Assembly: GCF_963921235.1 (NCBI RefSeq)
Contig: NC_086097.1
Location: 135,348,001-135,412,000 of the forward strand
DNA from: Mobula hypostoma
Taxonomy: Eukaryota
Length of the DNA: 64,000 nucleotides
Direction of reading: 5' to 3'
Each line of letters starts with the position of its first letter. Positions within the stretch are counted from its first letter, which is position 1. The position numbers and the translations under genes were made by a program. Positions 13,480 to 26,546 of the stretch are shown one piece after another. The notes under the pieces were generated by a model. That model made no database searches and was not told where the DNA came from. It was given only the letters and a program-made list of their open reading frames with translations.

Positions 13480-14460
13480 TCTCTGCAAGAACATTGTCAA
13501 GTTTGACGATGACAACAGCATGAACAAAGATGAGACGGCCTACAGAGAGGAGGTGGAAGAGCTCAAAGCCTGGCTCGAGGTGAATAAGCTCTTCTTCAAT
13601 GTCAACAAGACAAAGGAGATGGTTATCAGCTTCAGAACTTGAACCACTCACACCCCTCTTTACATTGTCAGCACAGCAGTGGAAACTGCAATCAGTTTCA
13701 AACTCCTGGGAATGCATATCTCAAACAACCTCTCATGGTCTCAGAACACATCCTACACAATCAGGAAAGCTCACCAACACCTCTGCTTTCTGAAGAGGTT
13801 GAAGAGAGCTGGGCTATGCACACCAGTGTTCATGTTCTTCTGCAAATATGCAGCAGAAAGTACCCTACATGTTGCATCACTGCATGGTGGAGAAACTGCA
13901 CTGCGGTGCACAGGAACACTCTACAACTTATAGCCAAAACTGCCCAACGCATCACTGGCACCAGCCTACATATCGTCAAGAGCATAAATACAGAAAGGTG
14001 CAGGAAAAGGTTCAGTAACACCATGAAGGAGTCCACCCACCCTGCTCTTGGACCTTTTGTCCCACTTCTATCAGAGAGGAGGTTACATAGCATCCGCACC
14101 AGGACCACCAGACTCAAAAACAGTTACGAGTTCGTACTGTTCGTACTTTCCCCAAACAGCAAGGCTGATCAACACCTCCATCCACTAACCTACCCTTCCA
14201 CACCTCACCATCACTACTTTATCACCACCTGCTAGTCACCTTATATGACAGACACTCCTGTGCCTAGCGTCACTTTATGGGCATACAATCCAGGTATGTA
14301 AGCTCTCTTATGCATTTACAGTATATTTATTATGTTTTTTAAAAATTGTGTTATCTATCATATTGCTTTTCTTTTGTGCTGCATCGTGTCTGGAGTAACA
14401 ATTATTTTGTTCTCCTTTACATCTGTGTACTGGAAATTACATAAAACAATCTTGATTCCT
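13480..14460 (+). mobile_element. Rex1/Babar-type LINE 3' fragment
   Basis: KFDDD, ETAYREEV, NVNKTKEMV, FKLLGMHISNNLSW, RTRTTRLKNS. Confidence 0.75.
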
Positions 14461-14679
14461 GAACTCTTTACCGCACTCTCTAATTACTTCCCCAAAACTC
14501 TGCCAATTTTGCTGTTTCCCCCAAGTATTTATTCAATTCCTTTCTGAAATTTATTTTCTTCCACCACTCCTTCAGAGTGAATTCCTGAAAGAATTTTAGT
14601 TCACAGTGTGAAAATCAATGCATTTCGGAATAAGGCAGGCCATAGCTTCCTAAAACTCAGCAACAAGTAGGGTCGTCGT

Positions 14680-15085
14680 CTTCTCTGGAGTGGCAGAAGC
14701 TGAGAGGAGACCTGACAGAAGTTTATGAAATTATAAGAAGCACTGATAGAATAGACAGCAGCTATCCTTTTCCCCAGGGCTCAAATATCTAATAGTAGAG
14801 GGGATACAGTTAAGTTGCGAGGGGTAAGTTAGAAGAGTCATCCGGGGCAAGTTTTCTTTTATTGAAAATCAAGAGTGGTGGGTTCCTGGAATGCTCTGCC
14901 AGAAGTGAATGGTGAAGACAGATACAGTAGAGGCATGGAAGAGGGTCATAGATAGGCATATGAGTATGAAGAAAATGGAGGGATACGGATCATATGCAGC
15001 AGGAGGGATTAGTTTAATTAGGTGCCGATAGTTTAAGTAGGTCAGCACAACATCATGGGCCACAGGGCCTGTACCGTTCTGTTTT
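14680..15085 (+). mobile_element. CR1 LINE 3' fragment (old)
   Basis: Similar to the 3' end of the 9191-11733 CR1. Confidence 0.65.
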
Positions 15086-15416
15086 CCAAGTATTGATCAC
15101 CCTCCATATGAAATATACACTTTACACTTGATTTGCAAAAACAAATAAAATAACAAAGGAATTTATTCCTTTACTCATTAATATTGATGCCAAAATAAGC
15201 ATTATCATTACAAAATTTCTGTGTTTGGCATTTATATAGCATTTACCAAAGTTAAAGGTAAAAATCTAAAGTAGATCAAACCAAATTAAAGCTCAAGAAA
15301 ATAAAAATAATTATTTTCTTGTTATATGTTAACACTATATGAAAACCTTCAAATCACTACCGACATTCACAGCAAAGTCAACATCTTTACATTATACTCA
15401 ATGAGCCTCTGATTAC

Positions 15417-15617
15417 CTTATTTAATTCATCTGATAAAGCTTTGACACTGTAAATCGCAAGGCTGCCATCGTCTAGGACAGCTACAACGTAATGCCCATT
15501 TGGACTGACTGCTGCGGAGCTAATTCCATTATCAAGGCTTCCAATGTCAAAGAGAAGCTTGCAAGTGTGGATATTGAGAAACCTCATGATGCCATCCTGG
15601 CTCAATACTCCAATAAC
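15417..15617 (-). CDS. TBC1D31: TBC1D31 coding exon 7
   Basis: cag|GTT...AAG|gtaatc; VIGVLSQDGIMRFLNIHTCKLLFDIGS...ELNK; 201 nt. Confidence 0.95.
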
Positions 15618-16329
15618 CTGCAATATTGGTCAAACACATCATTTGCAGCAACATGCGAGATAACCCTCAAACAATGATGTACACCGAAAGAATACAGATC
15701 ACACCAATAATGGAAAAAGTTCCTTATGTGGTCAATTAAACATTTATTACTGGATTTGCTCAAATTTAAAGAGCTTAAGCTTTAAGATTCTGGTTTAAAA
15801 ATGTTTTTTAAGTATCTGTGTTTTTAATTTTTAAAAACCTAGAACCTTCCCAACAATGACAACTTTATTCTCCCTCTCACTCATCAGGCAGAAGACACAA
15901 AAGCCTGGAAGCACATACTATCAACCTCAAGTTCTGCTTCCATCGCATCATTATTAGACTATTGAACAGTCCTCTCGTATGATGACAGACTGTTAACTTT
16001 GCAATATATTTTGTTACAGCTTTGTATCTTATTGTCTGCCAGCACTTCACCTTCTCTGTTTATTCTCAATTCTGTTATTGTTTACCTTTGGACTTTCTTA
16101 ATGTATTATTATAATGAAATGATCTCTATGGATGACATTTGAAGTTTTTCATTGTACGCCAGTACATGTGACAATAATAACCTAATTTACCTTGGAAATC
16201 TCTTTCACCAATAATGCAGATATCACTCAAATTCTCCTCTTGTGTTCACTTATAGTTATCGAACGAAGGACCAAGGTCCAGATCATGCTAAGGCAATGAC
16301 CTCAATGACCACTTTGTGAAAGTGAGCCG

Positions 16330-16610
16330 CCCATCATTCAGTTCTCACAAGCAGTGACCACCTCCATTCCAGAGCTAGCACATTTTCCCTGTGACCATGT
16401 GGGTTTACTCTGAGTGCTCTGGCTTCCTCCCACATTTTAAAGATGCAAGGTTACGGTCAGGGTAAGTAAGTTGCAGGTATACTGTTGGTGCCTGATGCAT
16501 AGCAACATTTGCGGGCTGCCCAACATAATCTTTGCTGTTTTGATTTAACACAAATGACACGTCACTGTATGTTTTGATGTACATGTGACAAATAAAGCTA
16601 ATCTTTATCT
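16330..16610 (+). mobile_element. V-SINE fragment (old)
   Basis: Degenerate V-domain core similar to 22903-23186. Confidence 0.55.
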
Positions 16611-16774
16611 TTTTATGAGTCTCTCTCTGTAGCGCTCCCTGGATTTTAATATCACTTTTCCATTTAAAGCTACACAGAGTCATAATGTCACATCCTCCAC
16701 TGGAACCTGAAATTGGGCAATGTTGTAAATACTCACATATCCTGCCCCCAATCTCATGTCCAATAATAGCTTAC

Positions 16775-16934
16775 CTGGCTTGATCCACCATCGAAACTAT
16801 CAGGAAGAAATTCAAGATGGCGAATTGTTCGCACCTTTGGTGGCATCTGGATTATCCGCTGCAGCTGTCTTGCACTCAGGCTCCAAAGGTGAAGACAATT
16901 TGATTTCCCTCCTGCTATTAAAATTTGACCATCC
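16775..16934 (-). CDS. TBC1D31: TBC1D31 coding exon 6
   Basis: cag|G...CAG|gtaagc; DGQILIAGGKSNCLHLWSL...HLEFLPDSFDGGSSQ; 160 nt. Confidence 0.95.
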
Positions 16935-18479
16935 CTGCAAGAATTAACATTTTGATATAAACATACACCTTGTGAATCAGGATCTAAGGGGCTCAGACTG
17001 CACCAGTCTTCGTGTGGGAAGGGGAAGATGCTACAGCAACCATTTTTATTGTAACAATGATTCGCCAAGAGAGCAAGTGTCGCACAGAATATGAAGCCCT
17101 CAGGTGATCATTGTTTTATGACACTGATTGCAGTTAGGGTGCCTACATGCACCTCTATTCAGCCTCAGCTGATAGACTGAGTGTAATGTTTGGGATAGCT
17201 AACTATAATGAATACAAATTGCCAATACCTAGTATTCATCATTTAGATTTATTATTCCCCAATCTAGGGCATGGACTGAGATTTAAAGGTCTACTATCCA
17301 GAGTCCTAGATCATTTCTCAGGAGAAATGACTTTGGACCCGACTACAAAGTTAAATAAATAAGGAATAAAAAGCTCTTAATATAGTGAGCACAAAGCTAC
17401 CAGGTTGTTGTAAAATCATCCAAGTTTACAAGTGTCCTTCAATGAGAAAATCTGCCACCTTTACTTTGTCTGGCATAAATCCGACTTCCCACTGCTAATA
17501 TGGTTGGCTTTTAAATGATGAAGAAAAGTATTAAGTTCAAAAGGTAATTAGGGATGGATTATAAATGCCAGCTTTACCAGCATCCTCCTGTAAATGTGAT
17601 CGCTCAGGTGAAGGACATCATATGCTTGAGGAACTCTTCACCAGCAAGGAGTCAAATGCTTTTTAAAAGATGAAGGAACAAACTAAAGCTTATAAAGCAT
17701 ATTATTAACATAAAAATGTTAAACCTGTTTCTTCTTCTTTATGTTCCTGACTCACTATTCTAACTTTTCAAACTACTCCAAATGAGAAGTTAACTAAACT
17801 GAGTTTTCACTGGCCTTTGATTAATGATAGTGCTTAAAAGGCAAACTGAATACAACTGCCTTCAGGACAGAGAAGTTCTAATGAGAAAAAAATGCAAGAA
17901 ATCTAAAGTAATATAATTATCTGAAATGTCAACTAGAAAACAGTGACAGGGTAAATGAGGAGCTGTTCCTCTGGCAAGGTGAGTAACTAAAGGATGTAGT
18001 TCTAAGGAACAGTTCATTCCGGTTAATTGAACCATCAGTTAATCAGGCAACCGGTTATTTGGTACAACTCTTAAAGAACAAAATCTAATCAAGAAAATAG
18101 CCGAGATCCCCTTCATTTATTTGGGACACTATGCCGCTTAACTGAGGGAGCAGACTGTTGCCAAACAGCTTCTAAATAGTATCAGTCACGTGCACTTGCA
18201 CTTGCACATGTACATTACACCGAGCTTAGAGCGATCAGTTTTTAAATAGCATTAATAACTATTAGGAACTAATATACAGTTTTACAATACTGTAGTAGCA
18301 TTGATAGTGTTATAATTTCCACACAAGAAAAATAAAATTAAAGAACAAAAGGGAGGGACCAGGGCAATGAACTGGAAACGGCACGATAAGCCAAATAACC
18401 TTTTTCTATGTTGAGATGTATAACTGGACAGTTAAAAAAAACTCCCACTAATCAAAGCAAGATCAAGGACAAATCCTAC

Positions 18480-18628
18480 CTGGTGATAGCAAAGGATTTA
18501 TAACGTATCCGGGTTTCATCTGTAACCGGTAATTGGTATTTGCAATGGAGTGTATCACTTTCCCAGGCAAAGACAGAATCATCTTTAAAACAACTAAGGA
18601 TTGTGTTACTCAGTGGAAGGAAGCAAAC
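18480..18628 (-). CDS. TBC1D31: TBC1D31 coding exon 5
   Basis: cag|GTT...AG|gtagga; VCFLPLSNTILSCFKDDSVFAWESDTLHCKYQLP...; 149 nt. Confidence 0.95.
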
Positions 18629-19879
18629 CTGGGTTACAAAGAAAAACAAAATTACCATACATTTAGAAAGTCTCCTTTTGCTGTAAAACTGAACAACAAT
18701 GTCAAGACCACACCTGAAGCACTGTGTAGAGAAATTGGAGGCAGTTCACTCATTGACCCCTGGGATGAAGGAATCATACTGTGAGGAATGACTGAACTGA
18801 ACAGGCTGGCTCCAACTATTTGGGGTTCAGAAGTATGACAGAAGATGTTATCAAAATAGAAAAGTTTCTGGAAGGATGGTGGCAAATGACAAGTTAAATA
18901 CAGAATCTATGATGTATGTGGCACAGTCTCAGAAAATGGGGTTGTTTATTTAGCATATAGATGAGAAGGAATTCATTTCCTCAGATGATTTCGAACTTTT
19001 GGAATTCTCCAGACCAAAAGTAAAATCAATGAATACTTTCAAGGTCATAAGTGTCATAGGTAAAGGGGTTAAGGAAGTAATTATTTTATGCAAAGGCAGA
19101 ATGTGAAGTACGGCCTACTGTTGCTCTTATTCCTATATTTCTTGTAATAAGGGCTCCTTCAATGACTAAATACACAGACTGTAAATTTATAACATTCCCC
19201 CTCAAGGAGAATGGTTTTTAGGCCTAAGGGTAAAACTTCATCTCCTGTAATATGCACATGATAGCATCCAGTAAATGTACTGTATCAAACAATGAAGTAT
19301 GGAATCACTGGACTGGTATTTCTGAAGCAGAGTTCAGTGCATTAAAGGTATCACTTTAGATACTAGTCCTCCCACAGAAATTGTACCTCACAGTAACATG
19401 ACCCAAGGGTGAATCACAACAAAGTGTTGGTTATCCTATTCTAGAGTACTCAGGAGAAACATGATACATCAAAAGTTTTAATAATGTATTGTTAGTTCTG
19501 CATGACTGCCCATGGATCTACATGTCAACTCTCCTCTACTATTTTGTCAAATCTCAAGCAAACCCAGTGGTACACTGGAGAGATGAGTCAAAAATGCATG
19601 AGACTACAACCATCAGGAAAGACTGCCATTTTCTCTGGAAAAATGAATAACAAAATAATGCAGATGCTGATAACTAATTATCTTATTATTGATTCAACTA
19701 AAGTTTGCAAGGACAATTCTGGATGTATATTCTGCATTTAAATCAATAACTGCATCACAGCATTCTTATGATGGATGTGAATGAGAATGGGATATTGCTA
19801 AGGATGGAATGCTGAACAGATAGAAGTTAGTGCTGGATGTAATTTTGAAAGTCAGTTTTAATGGAAAGTGGAATACAAA

Positions 19880-22350
19880 TAGATGCAACACATACACATA
19901 ATGCTGGAAGAACTCAGCAGTTCAGGCAATATCTATGGAAAAGAGTACAGTTGACTTTTCAGGTCGAGACCTTCATCAAGACTGGAGAAAAAAAGATGAG
20001 GAGTCAGAGTAGAAGGTGGGCAGAGGGGAGGGAGAAGCACAAGGGGATAGGTAAAACCAGGAGGGGGAGGAGTGAAGTAAAGAGCTGGGAAGTTGATTGG
20101 TGAAAGAGACACAGGGCTGGAGAAGGGGAATCTGAGAGGGGAGAAGGCCATGGAAGAAAGAAAAGGGGGAGGAGCACCAGATATAGGTAAAGGGCAAGTA
20201 AGGAGATAAAGGTGAGAGTGGGGAATGGGAATGGGGAATGGGGAATGGTGAAGGGGAGGGGCAGGAGGGCATTACCGGACGTTTGAGAAATCAATGTTCA
20301 TGCCATCAGGTTGGAGGCTACCCAGATGGAATAAGCTGTTGCTCCTCCAACCTGAGTGTGGCCTCATCACGACAGTGGAGGAGGCCATGGACTGACATGT
20401 CGGAATGGGAATGGGAAGTGGAATTAAAATGGGTGGCCACTGGAAGATCCCGCTTTATCTGGCGGATGGAGTGTAGGTGCTTGGCAAAGCAGTCTCCCAG
20501 TCTGTCAGGTCTCACTGATATAGAGGAGGCCACACTGAGAGCAGTGGATACAGTAGATGCCTCTGACTGACTCACAGGTGATGTGTTGCCTCACCTGGAA
20601 GGACTGTTTGGGAGCCTGAGTGGTAGTGAGGGAGGAGGTATAGGGGCAGGTGTAGCACTGTTCCACTTGCAAGTATATGTGTCAGGAGGGAAATCAGTGC
20701 GGAGGGACGAATGGACAAGGGCATCGTGTAGAAAGCAATCCCTGCGGAAAGCAGAATATTGGGGGGGAGGGACAAGTGTGCTTGGTGGTGGGATTCCACT
20801 GGAGATGGTGGAAGTTATGGAGAATTATGCGCGGGATGTGGAGGATGGTGGGGTGGAAGGTGAGGACAAAAGGAACCCTATCCCAGGTAGGGTAGCAAAA
20901 GGAATAGGGTAAGGGCAGACGTGCGTGAAATGGAGGAGATGCGGTTGAGGGCAGCATTGAAGAAGGGAAGCCCTTTTCTTTGGAGGAGGAGGACATCTCC
21001 TTAATTCTGGACTGCAAAGCCCATCCTGAGAGCAGATGCAGTTGGGACAAAGGAATTGAGAGAAGGGGATGGCTGTTTTACAAGTAACAGGATGAGAAGA
21101 GGTATAGTCCAGGTAGCTGTGAAAGTCAGTGGGTTTATAATAGACATCAGTAGATATGCTGTCTCCAGAGACAAAAATAGAAACAGAGAGGTCGAGAAAG
21201 GGGAGGGAGGTGTCAGAAATGGACCAGGTAAATTTAAGGGTAGGGTGGAAGTTGGAGGTAAAGTTGATAAGGTCGATGAACTCTGCATGGGTGCAGGAAG
21301 TAGCACCATTGCAATCAATGATGTAGCGTAGCAAAAGTTGGGGAGTGATACAAATGTAGGGTTGGAACACAGACTGTTCCATGCAGCCGACAAAAAGGCA
21401 GGTATAGCTGGGACCCGTGTGAGTGCCCATGGCTAAACCTCTTGTTTAAAAGAAGTGGGAGGAGCCAAAGAAGAAATTATTGAGAGTGAGGACAAGTTCC
21501 GCCAGACAGAGGAGAGTGGTGGAGGGGAGCTGGTTGGGTCTGGTGTCCAGAAAGAAATGGCCTTCCTGATGGGGGATGGTGGTATATAGAGACGGGACAT
21601 CCTTAGTGAAAATAAAATGATCAGGGCAAGGGAACTTGAAATCATCGAAAAGATCAAGAGCTTGTGAAGTGTCATGGATGTAATTAGGAAGGGACTGAAT
21701 TGGGGGGGGAGGGGAGAAGATAAAACTGAGTCAAGGTATGCAGATACAAGTTCAGTGGGACAGGAACAAGCAGAAACAATGGGTCTACCTGGACAGGCAG
21801 GTTTGTGGATATTGGGTACGAGGTAGAAACAGAAGGTGTGGGGGTGAGGGAACTATGAGGTTGGTATCAGTGGATGGGAGATTCCCAGAGTTAATAAGGT
21901 CAGTGATGGTGTGAGAGACAATGGCCTGGTGCTCCTTAGTGGGGTCTCGTTTGATGGGTAAGAGGAGGTGTCTGAGAGTTGGCGCTGGGCCTCAGCAAGG
22001 TAGAGGCCAGTCTATCAGACTATTACAGCAGCCCCCTTATCTGTGGAGAGGTCAGGATTAGTGCGGAAAGTGAAGAGCAGCGAGTTCAGACGGATTGAGG
22101 TTGGAATTGGAGAGAAGGGTGGTGAAGTCAAGACGGTTGATGTCCCGTCAGCAATTACCAATGAAAAGATCCACAGCAGGCAGAAGACTAGAGTGGGGTG
22201 TCCAGGAAGAGGAGGAGGGTTGAAGATGGGAGAAGGGGTCATCAGTACGGCGTGGAGAGTCCTTGCCACAGTAGTGGGCAGGAGGCAGAGGCAGCAGAAG
22301 AAGAGCTCAGCGTCATGGCAGGCATGGAACTTACTGAGGTGTGGAATACA
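19880..22350 (-). mobile_element. Penelope-like element (RT + GIY-YIG endonuclease), degraded
   Basis: MGTHTGPSYTCLFVG, LRYIID, LPFLDLSV, DVYYKPTD..SYL (PLE RT); RLGDCFAKH...PVATHFN (GIY-YIG region); terminal repeat with a decayed hammerhead at 19949-19983. Confidence 0.88.
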
Positions 22351-22551
22351 AATTCCTCCTAGCTTTCAACCATCAGTCCTCTGTGTACTAACACTGTAAT
22401 CATTTTCTGAAGATGGTGCAAAAACCCTGGGAATTTTCTTAAGTTTCATGCATAATCAGTTACAATATGCAAATACTGTAGTAGTTAATATTTGTTAAAA
22501 TATCTTAAGTATATTAATCTGCTATACTTTACTCTAATATCATGGACAAAC

Positions 22552-22730
22552 CTTTTGAATGCCAACAGATGTGTTTACATTTAATTTCCTCTTTCGTTGG
22601 AATGTATCCAAGTCCCACAGTTGAGCTGTATCAACAGATGTTGTGATGGCATATCGTCCAGATCCATCAACAGAAATGGATGAAACTGTTGACTCATGTC
22701 CCTTCATCCAGCTCACTAGCTCTTTAGTCT
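22552..22730 (-). CDS. TBC1D31: TBC1D31 coding exon 4 (WD40 region)
   Basis: cag|AG...AAG|gtttgt; TKELVSWMKGHES...AQLWDLDTFQRKRKLNVNTSVGIQK (GH...WD repeat); 179 nt. Confidence 0.95.
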
Positions 22731-22902
22731 CTGTCACCAGCAAAGCAAAAGTATGTGGAGTGTGAAGTGTTTTGTAGTCTGACACTATTATGCATCTGTT
22801 GTAACATTACTGAAGTTCATAGCTCCCAATTAATAATATAAATTGAAACCACCGGAAAACTTGCTATTTTTATGGCTGATATCAAATCAGCACCTCATGA
22901 AT

Positions 22903-23186
22903 AGGGTGGCACTGTAGTGTAGTGGTTGGCACAGCACTTTAGAGTACCAGCGACCCAAGTACAATTCCCACCGTTGTCTGTAAGGAGTTTGTACGTTCTC
23001 CCTGTGACCGCATGGGTTTCTTCCGGGTGCTCCCATTTCCCTCCACAGTCCAAAGACGTACCGGTTGGTAGGTTAATTGGTCATTGTAAATTGTCCCATG
23101 GTTAGGCTAGGGTTAAATTGGGGGTTGCTGGGCGGCGTGGTTCGAAGGGCCGACTCCGTGCTGTATCTCAATAAAATAAATAAAAT
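22903..23186 (+). mobile_element. tRNA-derived V-SINE (HE1-like)
   Basis: tRNA-like head, central GGAGTTTGTACGTTCTCCC...GGGTTTC.TCCGGGTGCTCC...CCACAGTCCAAAGAC (V domain), AATAAA-rich tail. Confidence 0.75.
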
Positions 23187-23481
23187 ACACACACTAACAC
23201 AAATAGAAGCAAACACAAATGATAACTAATTTTGGAAGTATTTATTGAGCAGTTATAACTGGCTGTTAAGAAGAAACAACAGAAGTTCATGTGTTTTTCT
23301 TTCAATTAGTTTTATGCCTTAGAGTTACAGTACAAAACACAACAGCAGGCACATAGCGTCATGTAAGCAGCACATGAATTAGCTCATTCAACACTTGTAT
23401 CTTTACATCTATGATTTAATCACTGAACAGAACCTCCCCACATGTAAAGCAGACATTTGATAGCTATAGACATTATGGTAC

Positions 23482-23597
23482 CTGTGTCAAAGCATTTCAC
23501 AGAATAATCAGCCAGAGCAACCAAGTATTCGGTATTCCTTCGGAGATTGTAAGCTAATGCTGTACATGCTTGCCCAGTTCGCTGCACCAGCTTAAAG
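23482..23597 (-). CDS. TBC1D31: TBC1D31 coding exon 3 (WD40 region)
   Basis: tag|C...AG|gtacca; FKLVQRTGQACTALAYNLRRNTEYLVALADYSVKCFDT; 116 nt. Confidence 0.95.
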
Positions 23598-23669
23598 CTA
23601 GAGGAAAAATACATTAATCAGAACTAGCGCAGTGAGTAATCTCTCAAAAAGGTGGCTGCCATAGCCATA

Positions 23670-24010
23670 CAGTACCATAGCACAGAAACAGGCCCTTCAA
23701 CTTATCTAGTCCATGCTGACCCAATCTTCCGCCTATTCCAAACTACATGCACCTGGACCTTAGACCTCCAAACCACTTTCATCCATGTACCCGTCTAATC
23801 TCTCAAATGTTAGAATGAATCTCTGGGTGAAGCAGTTTCCCCTCAGATTCCCCTTGAATATTTCACCTATCATCCTATAGCTATGACATCTGGTTCTAGT
23901 CTCACCCAACCTGAGTGGAAAAAGCCTGCAGGCATTCACCCTATCTATACCCCTCATAATTTTGTATATTTCTGTAAGATCTCCCCTCATTCTTCTGTGC
24001 TCGAGGGAAC
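23670..24010 (-). mobile_element. CR1 LINE 3' fragment
   Basis: SLEHRRMRGDLTEIYKIMRGIDRV...FTQR. Confidence 0.8.
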
Positions 24011-24844
24011 ATATTGAAACAATAACACCCGTCATGAATTATCAATTAAATATTAAATGTGTAATGGCTGTGAAATCAAGCAATGGAATCACTGCAGCTC
24101 CCTACAGTGCATTTTACCACATTCCTGGTTAAGGTTGTGGTTCTGTGTACACAAATTAAAGTCTGTGCTCAGTCAATGCACGAGAACAGTTACTGCTTAT
24201 CTATTAACCCACTCCCAAAACACAGTGTCTTCCCTTTGCCAGTTAATTTAATGTAGAGCAAAACTCTACACAGCATTAACTATAAATGTTGCATCATTCA
24301 TGGATGACTGTAAAGGAGACAAAATTACAATTGCATGTTCTAGTTCAATCAGACCATTGTTTCTAACCAACATTACAGGAATGCTACAATTACTCTTGGC
24401 AGGAGTTAAGATCACATTGTGCAAATATTTAGTGCGCACTGCAAAATTCTTGCACTAACAGCTTTTTCTCCCCTCCCTGTCTAATAAAGCTCCTATTCCC
24501 CAGTGTTTAGCTTTATTTAACTTTTTTGTTGCTACTCCCCGGGCTTCAATAGTCTGGTATAATTCTACGTAAGCCAAGAAAATCACAGATTTGATCCATG
24601 ATATCTGGCCACTGCACAAATTAAAGTGGACAATGATGACTTAGCATTAAAAAGAAAGTATCTACACAAAGGAATAAAAGCAGGATGCTTAGCAGAGACT
24701 TGAGATAATTCTTTGCGGCACATGGCAGCTAATCTACAGTAGGTCAGAAAGTATATGTGGAGAGAGAAGAACAGAGAGAATTCTTTTTGTTTCAAAGCTG
24801 GGAAAAGTTAGAAATGGAACAAATGGAACAAGTCATGAAAAATA

Positions 24845-26069
24845 ACACACATAAAAAAAATGCTGGTGAACGCAGGAGGCCAGGTAACATCTATAAGAAG
24901 AGGTACAATTGACGTTTCGGGCCGAGACCCTTCGTCAGGACTAACTGAAAGAACAGACAGTAAGAGATTTGAAAGTGGGAGGGGGAGGTGGAGATCCTAA
25001 ATGATAGGAGAAGACAGGAGGGGGAGGGATGGAGCCAAGAGCTGGAAAGTTGATTGGCAAAAGGGATATGAGAGGATCATGGGACGGGAGGCTGAGGGAG
25101 AAAGAAAGGGGGGGAAGCCCAAAGGATGGGCAAGGAGTATAGTGAGAGAGACAGAGGGAGAAAAAGGAGAGGGAGAGAAGAAAATTAATAATAATAATAA
25201 ATAAATAAATAACGGATGGGGTACGAAGTGGGGTGGGGCATTAAAGGAAGTTAGAGAAGTCAATGTTCATGCCATCAGGTTGGAGGCTATCCAGACGGAA
25301 TATAAGGTCTGGAATATAAATTCTTCCAACCTGAGTGTGGCTTCATCTTGACAGTAGAGGAGGCCATGGATAGACATATCAGAATGGGAATGGGACGTGG
25401 AATTAAAATGTGTGGCCACTGGGAGATCCTGCTTTCTCTGGTGGACAGAGCGTAGGTGTTCAGCGAAACGGTCTGCCAGTCTGCGTCGGGTCTCGCCAAT
25501 ATATAGAAGGCCACATCGGGAGCACCGGACACAGTATATCACCCCAGCCGACTCCCAGGTGAAGTGTCGCCTCACCTGGAAGGACTATCTGGGGCCCTGA
25601 ATGGTGGTGAGGGAGGAAGTGTAAGGGCATGTGTAGCACATGTTCCGCTTACAAGGATAAGTGCCGGGAGGGAGATCGGTGGGAAGGGATGGTGGGGGGG
25701 GGGGGGAAACGAATGGACAAGGGAGTCGTGTAGGGAGCGATCCCTGCAGAAAGCAGTGGGGGAGGTAGAGGGAAAGATGTGCTTAGTGGTGGGATCCCCA
25801 GATAGTCCTTCCAGGTGAGGTGACAATGCACCTGGGAGTCGGCTGGGGTGATATACTGCGTCCAGTGCTCCCGATGCGGCCTTCTATATATTGGCGAGAC
25901 CCGACACAGACTGGGAGACCGTTTCGCTGAACACCTACGCTCTGTCCGCCAGAGAAAGCAGGATTTCCCAGTGGCCACACATTTTAATTCCACGTCCCAT
26001 TCCCATTCTGATATGTCTATCCACGGCCTCCTCTACTGTCAAGATGAAGCCACACTCAGGTTGGAAGAA
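24845..26069 (-). mobile_element. Penelope-like element 3' part with an inverted duplicate of the GIY-YIG region
   Basis: GVIYCVRCSRCGLLYIGETRRRLADRFAEH on minus (25267-25575) and again on plus (from 25848); terminal repeat at about 24845-24950. Confidence 0.9.
24907..24942 (-). ncRNA. Minimal hammerhead motif, core intact, helix I weakened
   Basis: AGUC-CUGACGA-AGGGUCUCGGCCC-GAAA-CGUC-AAUU in the PLE terminal repeat. Confidence 0.6.
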
Positions 26070-26399
26070 CTAGCACTGAGCTTTGCTGAGTTTGGATCCT
26101 ACAATCACAATGATCTGTTAAAACATATAAAAGGTGCCTCACAGACACAAAGCTCAATGACGGCATGGATATCACTTGAAGAAGTTTTAAGGTACATATG
26201 ATAGGGGTAAGAAGGATCAATAGAGTGATTTAGGGAATGGATTTCAGAACTCAAGAGCCTTGGTAGCTGAAGGTACAGCTGCCTGTGATGGGGCAATGAC
26301 ACTTAAGTTGTATGAGAGGATAGAATATATTACTATCAGTGCACATTGCCCAATTTTTTTCTTCAAATACCGGTAAATAAAATACATCAAGTAACTTAC

Positions 26400-26546
26400 C
26401 TATTCCTGCTCAGGTCAAAGACATAAATATTGCCCTGATGGTCACCAGCAAGAAAGGCTTCGCCTGCGGTATCAAACGCAACATGAAGGAATCGAATAAT
26501 CCTCGAGGGATAGCCCACCACATTATGAACAACATTAACTATAACA
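26400..26546 (-). CDS. TBC1D31: TBC1D31 coding exon 2
   Basis: cag|T...AG|gtaagt; VIVNVVHNVVGYPSRIIRFLHVAFDTAGEAFLAGDHQGNIYVFDLSRN; 147 nt, in frame with exons 1 and 3. Confidence 0.95.

Noticed and set aside
18010..18290. Possible DNA-transposon remnant with internal CCGGTTAAT-like repeats
   Set aside because: No matching second TIR or TSD could be identified by eye.
22903..22975. tRNA-like sequence
   Set aside because: Degenerate SINE head continuous with the V-SINE body; no convincing cloverleaf.
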